Notes under the pieces: model-generated
The model's database searches: none
The model's input: the letters and a program-made list of their open reading frames with translations, nothing else
What the model was told of the DNA's origin: nothing
Translations under genes and position numbers: made by a program
Assembly (NCBI RefSeq): GCF_000015945.1
Contig: NC_009033.1
Span: forward strand, 810,001 to 842,000
DNA length: 32,000 bases
Direction: 5' to 3'
Origin: Staphylothermus marinus F1
GTDB lineage: Archaea > Thermoproteota > Thermoprotei_A > Sulfolobales > Desulfurococcaceae
Part shown: positions 27,363 through 32,000 of the stretch, piece after piece
Layout of the letters: the number at the start of each line of letters is the position of its first letter
How positions within the stretch are numbered: the first letter of the stretch is position 1

Positions 27363-27740
27363 ATGAAGATAAAGATAGAAGAGTTCAAGAAAAAATATCC
27401 ACATCTTGCTAAGGAGGTTTTAGGGGAAGAGAAAAGCCAAGATCTAAACTTAACTATTGAAAAACCATTTCCCGATCCTTGGAGAGGCTATATTCCAGGA
27501 CCAATAGATTATATTAGAAGATGCAAAACAGTTGAGGAAGCATTAGAGGTTCTGGATTACCTAGAAAAACATGGTGAAATAAATAGTAATGAAGCAAATG
27601 AGCTTAGGCAAATACTGAAGGAGAAGGGGCTAGAATTCTTTGGTTCACATAAGGAAGACAATTACTATTACAAGAAAGCTGTGGAATATTGGAAGAAACT
27701 TTCAAGAATTATCTCCGAGCAGCAGCCGCAACAATCTTGA
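27363..27740 (+). CDS. Small conserved-archaeal-type hypothetical protein
   Basis: 125-aa ORF with SD GGTGAT 9 nt upstream. It is charged and helical and I recognise no catalytic motif. The 3' end overlaps the convergent GTPase gene by 32 nt. Confidence 0.55.
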   Translation: MKIKIEEFKKKYPHLAKEVLGEEKSQDLNLTIEKPFPDPWRGYIPGPIDYIRRCKTVEEALEVLDYLEKHGEINSNEANELRQILKEKGLEFFGSHKEDNYYYKKAVEYWKKLSRIISEQQPQQS

Positions 27741-28947
27741 TTACATCATTGTCTCTGAGAACATATGTTTCGCCAACTTTCTCCTTGGTCTTAGCATTTA
27801 TCGCGTAAAGAAATGTTTTGCCTAGATCGGTGTGTATCATATATGCTAACTCCTTAGCAGTAGTGCCTTCTGGTACGAGATATGCGTCTGGAAGAATGTT
27901 TCCATAATGATCAGTGTATTTGTTATGATCCTCCACTGGGTACACAACAATTAGTTTCAAAACATTGAATACAGCTTTATTCAGTAGTTCTTGGACCCCT
28001 GTGCTTCCATATTTTGCTAGCATTTTTCTACGTACAAGTTCTAGTGCGTGTAGTTGTTCTTTTGATAATCTACTGCTATCTATTATTTTGAAATCATTAT
28101 CTCCAGGCAAGTACTCTATTAATCCTTTTTGAGCTGCTTTCCGGAGAATATATTCGGCTAGTGCACTTACAGGTACAACATTTTCTTTTCCAAACTCTTT
28201 GATTAGACGCTTAATATTATCTTCTGCAGTTGGAAGATCTGCCTTGTTAGCAGCTATTAATATAGGTTTACTTACTCTTCTCAGCATTAACGCAAATTCT
28301 CTAATATCATCACTACTCCATTTCTTCGGGTGTTTATCTTCAAGTCCTGCAAGTCTTATGGCTTCAATTACGTGGTTCTTATTGATGCTTAAACCTGATA
28401 GGTTTTGAGTGATATATTCTATAGGATTATTTACAAGGTATATTTGCCTACTTATTTTATTCTCCCAAACTCTTCTAACTACCGACACGAACCATTCATC
28501 AACTTCTTTCTGGATAAGCTTAGCTTCCTCAACAGGATCATATGTTCCAGGCTTAGCAGGTGTTCCATCTGGTCCCGTGGAGCCTGATGCATCAACTACG
28601 TGTATTAATATATCAGCTTGTCTCAAATCATCCATGAACTTATTACCCAATCCTCTTCCCTGACTAGCTCCGGGAATGAGCCCTGCTACATCCATTATTT
28701 TTACGGGTATGAATCTATTACCTTTTATACACATACCTGTTCTTGGATCGCATTTTTCTAAGCCCAGTTCTACATGAACACATTTCTTCCGTACATAGCC
28801 GACGCCTATGTTTGGTTTAATAGTTGTGAATGGGTGATTAGCTATTGCTACAGGTGCAAGTGTAAGTGCTGCGAAAAGAGTTGATTTACCAACGTTTGTT
28901 TTCCCAATTATACCGATAAGTTTTTCTGGAGGTGGCATATTAATCAC
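27709..28947 (-). CDS. Obg-superfamily (YchF/DRG-like) GTPase with C-terminal TGS-like domain
   Basis: G1 GIIGKTNVGKSTLF, G2 FTTI, G3 DVAGLIPGAS, G4 NKADL, and C-terminal YVLRDNDVIKIV (TGS-type beta-grasp). Confidence 0.85.
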   Translation of the reverse strand: MINMPPPEKLIGIIGKTNVGKSTLFAALTLAPVAIANHPFTTIKPNIGVGYVRKKCVHVELGLEKCDPRTGMCIKGNRFIPVKIMDVAGLIPGASQGRGLGNKFMDDLRQADILIHVVDASGSTGPDGTPAKPGTYDPVEEAKLIQKEVDEWFVSVVRRVWENKISRQIYLVNNPIEYITQNLSGLSINKNHVIEAIRLAGLEDKHPKKWSSDDIREFALMLRRVSKPILIAANKADLPTAEDNIKRLIKEFGKENVVPVSALAEYILRKAAQKGLIEYLPGDNDFKIIDSSRLSKEQLHALELVRRKMLAKYGSTGVQELLNKAVFNVLKLIVVYPVEDHNKYTDHYGNILPDAYLVPEGTTAKELAYMIHTDLGKTFLYAINAKTKEKVGETYVLRDNDVIKIVAAAARR

Positions 28948-29080
28948 ACAAACGTTATAAGTACCTAGTTGTTGATAAAACTGTTATTATGGATAATACA
29001 TATATGATACTATAAATGTTCAAGTTTTATAAACCCAGAATATAATCATAAATGCCTAGCATTAACAAGGTGTTATGGAA

Positions 29081-29743
29081 ATGGTTAAGGGAATGTACCA
29101 TTATATAGCTCAACTGTGGAAGCGGCCATATGAGGGGGATATGCTAACACTGATGCGTCAAAGACTGATTAAGTGGAGGAGAGAACCTGCAATAATAAGA
29201 ATAGAGAAACCAACAAGACTTGATAGAGCGAGAGCACTAGGATATAAAGCTAAGCAGGGATTCATAATTGTACGTGTACGTGTTAGGAAGGGTGGATTAC
29301 GAAAACAGAGGCCGAATAAGGGTCGACGCCCCAAGAGAATGGGTATTTACGGGTTTGCTCCAAGTAAAAGTTTAAGATTAATAGCGGAGGAAAGAGCTGC
29401 TAGGAAGTATCCTAACTTAGAAGTTCTTAATAGTTACTATGTAGGAGAGGATGGAAACTATAAATGGTACGAGGTAATACTTGTAGATCCCCATCATCCA
29501 GCAATATGTAATGATCCGGATATAAAATGGATCTGTGAAAAACAACACAGAAGAAGAGTGTTCCGTGGATTAACTAGTGCTGGTAAAAAGATGCGTGGCC
29601 TAAGGAAGAGCCGTGGATTAAAGTACACTATCAAGTATAAGTGGAAGAGAAAACAAAAAGAAAGATTATTGAAGAAGAGACATGAAGCTAGCCGCGGAGC
29701 CAGAGAACCCTGGCAAATAGTATTGAAAAAAGCTGAAGAGTAG
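29081..29743 (+). CDS. rpl15e: 50S ribosomal protein L15e
   Basis: [16 protein letters not shown]...[47 protein letters not shown] 29081 has SD GGTG 8 nt upstream; the ORF-track start at 29075 is 2 codons longer. Confidence 0.93.
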   Translation: MVKGMYHYIAQLWKRPYEGDMLTLMRQRLIKWRREPAIIRIEKPTRLDRARALGYKAKQGFIIVRVRVRKGGLRKQRPNKGRRPKRMGIYGFAPSKSLRLIAEERAARKYPNLEVLNSYYVGEDGNYKWYEVILVDPHHPAICNDPDIKWICEKQHRRRVFRGLTSAGKKMRGLRKSRGLKYTIKYKWKRKQKERLLKKRHEASRGAREPWQIVLKKAEE

Positions 29744-29748
29744 GTAAA

Positions 29749-30192
29749 ATGATAAATGTTAGAGAAATCACTATTCTCACACACTGCCACGCAACAGAGG
29801 ATTGTGAAAAAGTCTTACACGCAGTTAAGAATATTTTACCAGCCAATATAAGGAATAATATAGTTTTTAACAAACAAGTTCTACACGGTCACTATGGCAA
29901 TCCTATTACTATCATAAAAACAACTATAACTAGTAATGCTGAACAAGTCTTAAAACACATAGCCAACCTGATGGATGACACAGAAAAAACAATACTAAGT
30001 GTATCATTTGATCTCAGATATGATCGTAGAGAAAACAAGCTTTACCTGAGAATAAGTAAGCAGAAAGCATACGGTGGAAAAATAGTTATCCATGACTCAG
30101 ACGATGTGATCAAGCTAATAATAAGATTAAAAGGATCTAGAAGACCTGAGAAAATAAAAGAATTTCTAAGAGAAATGGGGCTGATCAAGTAA
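29749..30192 (+). CDS. Predicted RNA-binding protein of the archaeal exosome superoperon (COG1325/DUF54-like)
   Basis: 147-aa ORF with THCHATEDCEKV near the N-terminus, positioned between L15e and Rpp30 as in the predicted exosome superoperon. The family assignment is from memory. Confidence 0.62.
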   Translation: MINVREITILTHCHATEDCEKVLHAVKNILPANIRNNIVFNKQVLHGHYGNPITIIKTTITSNAEQVLKHIANLMDDTEKTILSVSFDLRYDRRENKLYLRISKQKAYGGKIVIHDSDDVIKLIIRLKGSRRPEKIKEFLREMGLIK

Positions 30193-30810
30193 TTGAAAAA
30201 AATATTCATTGATCTATGGATTAAGGAGATAAATGAGGAAATAATATATTTTCTAGAAAAACTCGATTTTATAGGTGTAGCGGTAGAAGAACTTAATACT
30301 AGATATAAGAAAATAGATGACCTAGTAATTGTAAAGAAAGTTGTAATATCTGCTGATAAACGCTCCGAACTTCGAAAACATCTACAAGGAATAAAGAATA
30401 GAGCAGTGATTGTTTCTGTTAAACCATTAAGTGTTGAAGCTGCAAGAATGGCTGCACATGATGGGAGAGTAGACACAATAATTATTGATGAGGATTCATT
30501 ATACTATATAGATAAGGCACAGATTAATATGATGAAACAATTCTCAAAACCATTAGAGTTTCCATTAAATGATTTTTTAAAAGCAAGTAGAAAGTATCAA
30601 TCAATGATTTATAGAAGAATAAACTTAGCTCTTCAAAGAAACATACCGTTAATAATGTCTAGTCATGCAACAAAAGCAAGTGAGTTATTAAATCCTGTTG
30701 GAGCGACATATTTATCTAAAATATTATTCAACATAAATGTTAAACAAGCCCTAATCTACTTAACATCTTATCCTCGAGAATTAATTATTGCTAATGGTGT
30801 TAAAATATGA
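30193..30810 (+). CDS. rnp3: RNase P protein component 3 (Rpp30 homologue)
   Basis: FIDLWI start, AAHDGRVDTIIID and IPLIMSSHATKASELLNP correspond to the PHP/TIM-like Rpp30 motifs. TTG start. Confidence 0.78.
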   Translation: MKKIFIDLWIKEINEEIIYFLEKLDFIGVAVEELNTRYKKIDDLVIVKKVVISADKRSELRKHLQGIKNRAVIVSVKPLSVEAARMAAHDGRVDTIIIDEDSLYYIDKAQINMMKQFSKPLEFPLNDFLKASRKYQSMIYRRINLALQRNIPLIMSSHATKASELLNPVGATYLSKILFNINVKQALIYLTSYPRELIIANGVKI

Positions 30811-31325
30811 TGTTACTACTAATAATTATCGTCTTATCTATGCTTTCAACATTACTCGTTATTATAACGTATATTTTCGAGAGGAAAATGAAGAAGCTCA
30901 TGCTTCGATTAAACGTGTTACAGAAAAACATTGATCTTCTAAAACTAGTTTATATAAAAAGCAAAGAAGCCATGAGTAAACCAAGTAAAATTAGGAAAAG
31001 ATACATAGTTTTCGCTATTCTATCCAGCAGTGATTTTAATATTGACAAAACAACGATAGAGAAAAGTATTCGTTTATATTGGGAAAAATTCTTTGGTAGA
31101 ATTTCCCTTGTCAAAGCAGACCCTCAGCTCATATATTTCGATCCATCTATTAAGAGAGGTGTTCTTAGAGTAGCTCATATATATAAAGATGAAGCTTTAG
31201 CTGTTCTCGGAATAATCAAAAAAATCAATAATTATAATTGTTTATTAATTCCATTAAAAACTACTGGAACGCTTAAAAAAGCAAGGAAAATCATGTATAG
31301 TCTGAGAAAAGATTTGCAGAAATAA
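30807..31325 (+). CDS. rnp2: RNase P protein component 2 (Pop5 homologue); the conserved core begins at ATG 30972, and the ORF extends 55 codons further upstream
   Basis: The core KIRKRYIVFAILS...GVLRVAH...LIPLKTTGTLKKAR is Pop5-like. The ATGATG at 30807 overlaps the Rpp30 stop (ATGA coupling) and adds a hydrophobic N-terminal segment. Alternative starts are 30888 and 30972. Confidence 0.75.
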   Translation: MMLLLIIIVLSMLSTLLVIITYIFERKMKKLMLRLNVLQKNIDLLKLVYIKSKEAMSKPSKIRKRYIVFAILSSSDFNIDKTTIEKSIRLYWEKFFGRISLVKADPQLIYFDPSIKRGVLRVAHIYKDEALAVLGIIKKINNYNCLLIPLKTTGTLKKARKIMYSLRKDLQK

Positions 31326-31335
31326 AAATAACTCC

Positions 31336-31341
31336 TTATAA
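31336..31341 (+). promoter_or_regulatory. TATA-like element (TTATAA) upstream of C/D sRNA candidate
   Basis: Lies about 21-26 nt upstream of box C at 31362. Confidence 0.3.
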
Positions 31342-31356
31342 CGATATTAAACTATT

Positions 31357-31417
31357 AATAGATGATGAAGCCGCTCCAAAATAGACTAGATGAAGAACTC
31401 GCGACGAACTGATAACT
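31357..31417 (+). ncRNA. Box C/D sRNA candidate
   Basis: C ATGATGA (31362-31368), 12-nt guide AGCCGCTCCAAA, D' ATAG (31381-31384), 5-nt spacer, C' ATGAAGA (31390-31396), 12-nt guide ACTCGCGACGAA, D CTGA (31409-31412). The 12/12 spacing is canonical. Confidence 0.7.
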
Positions 31418-31434
31418 TTGTTGAAAAGTAATGG

Positions 31435-31442
31435 TTATAAAA
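31435..31442 (+). promoter_or_regulatory. TATA box (TTATAAAA) for tRNA-Leu
   Basis: Lies 27-34 nt upstream of the mature tRNA 5' end at 31469. Confidence 0.4.
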
Positions 31443-31468
31443 CAGTCTTGTCTCAAAAAATAAATGGT

Positions 31469-31590
31469 GCGGGGGTGCCCGAGCCTGGTCAAAGGGGGCG
31501 GACTTAAGACCGGCGGGACAATATATTAACCGCCGAGGGGAGATCCGCTGGCGTAGGCCTGCGTGGGTTCAAATCCCACCCCCCGCACCA
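31469..31590 (+). tRNA. tRNA-Leu (anticodon UAA) with a 34-nt intron at the canonical 37/38 position; CCA encoded
   Basis: Acceptor GCGGGGG/CCCCCGC; D arm CCC-GAGCCTGGTCAAA-GGG; anticodon stem GCGGA/TCCGC with loop CTTAAG|intron|A. The intron (31509-31542) contains a CGGCGG/CCGCCG helix. Long variable arm; T arm GTGGG-TTCAAAT-CCCAC. Confidence 0.9.
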
Positions 31591-31624
31591 CCTTATTTTA
31601 AAATAGAAGAGCTTCTAACTAATT

Positions 31625-31692
31625 CACATTCAGATAACTAGTTGTCATCATCCCTTATGATGGGTCATGGGTCGGACTCTTCATCATACATG
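31625..31692 (-). ncRNA. Box C/D sRNA
   Basis: The minus strand reads ATGATGA (C, 31687-31681) - AGAGTCCGACCC (12) - ATGA (D', 31668-31665) - CCCATCATAAGGG - ATGATGA (C', 31651-31645) - CAACTAGTTAT (11) - CTGA (D, 31633-31630). It is intergenic, and short flanking complementarity (CATGT/ATGTG) is possible. Confidence 0.8.
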
Positions 31693-31780
31693 GGGTTAAT
31701 CATGTTTCTCAAATAATCTTATTATTCCCTATTGATTATACGGTTATTAGTGGTTATATGATGTTTTATGGTGGTAAATA

Positions 31781-32000
31781 ATGGGTCTCGGTATATCGCC
31801 TGCTACCGCATATGACAGAGCAATCACTATATTTTCGCCGGACGGAAGAATTTACCAGGTTGAATATGCTTTCGAATCAGTGAGAAGAGGATGGACTACT
31901 CTAGGTGTTAAGAGTCGTGAGGGCGCTGTTGTAGTTGTTGAGAAACGTAAGATTTCTCCACTAATCGATGATAAAGCTATACAGAAGATATTCAAGATAG
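31781..32000 (+). CDS. psmA: Proteasome alpha subunit, N-terminal 73 codons (continues beyond window)
   Basis: MGLGISPATAYDRAITIFSPDGRIYQVEYAFESVRRGWTTLGVK is the invariant alpha-subunit N-terminus, at the expected position after Pop5 in the exosome superoperon. Confidence 0.92.
   Translation, partial: MGLGISPATAYDRAITIFSPDGRIYQVEYAFESVRRGWTTLGVKSREGAVVVVEKRKISPLIDDKAIQKIFKI

Overview
This window is almost entirely a core information-processing region of an AT-rich archaeal chromosome. The style is crenarchaeal/TACK and hyperthermophile-like: tRNAs are GC-rich with encoded CCA, GGTG(A) Shine-Dalgarno motifs recur, and Rpo, aIF, KEOPS and RNase P protein genes are present. From left to right I read: the EF-1alpha 3' end, S10, tRNA-Ser(GGA), then the S13-S4-S11-RpoD-L18e-L13-S9-RpoN-S2 block. 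Next come a MEMO-like gene, type-2 IPP isomerase, a small hybrid-barrel hypothetical and GluRS. These are followed by L7Ae, S28e (on the opposite strand), L24e, NDK, aIF5B (minus strand), S6e and aIF2-gamma. The run continues with a PIN/Fcf1-like gene, RpoE', Spt4, DUF359 dephospho-CoA kinase, S24e, S27ae (too short for the ORF track), Kae1, Bud32, ITPase, S15, an inactivated RecJ/Cdc45-like protein, Pcc1 and S3Ae. After the accessory segment come a GlmU-like sugar-1-P nucleotidylyltransferase, a small hypothetical, a YchF/Obg-type GTPase (minus strand), and the exosome-superoperon head: L15e, COG1325, Rpp30, Pop5, tRNA-Leu(UAA) with an intron, and the proteasome alpha start. The only clearly accessory DNA is a visibly G+C-richer segment of about 1.5 kb (about 24.0-25.5 kb). 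It is a decayed IS607-type element with a 5'-truncated, frameshifted tnpA fragment and a full-length tnpB. The tnpB RuvC-III motif lacks the expected aspartate, and a 13-bp hairpin straddles its stop codon (candidate omega-RNA). This element sits between a THUMP ORF and a SPOUT-like ORF that look like two halves of one RNA methyltransferase gene. Three box C/D sRNA candidates lie next to the two tRNA genes, and a 14-bp perfect inverted repeat sits in the S6e leader. I see no CRISPR array, no defence island and no rRNA. All functional calls rest on my own reading of the translated ORFs and motifs, because no database search was possible.
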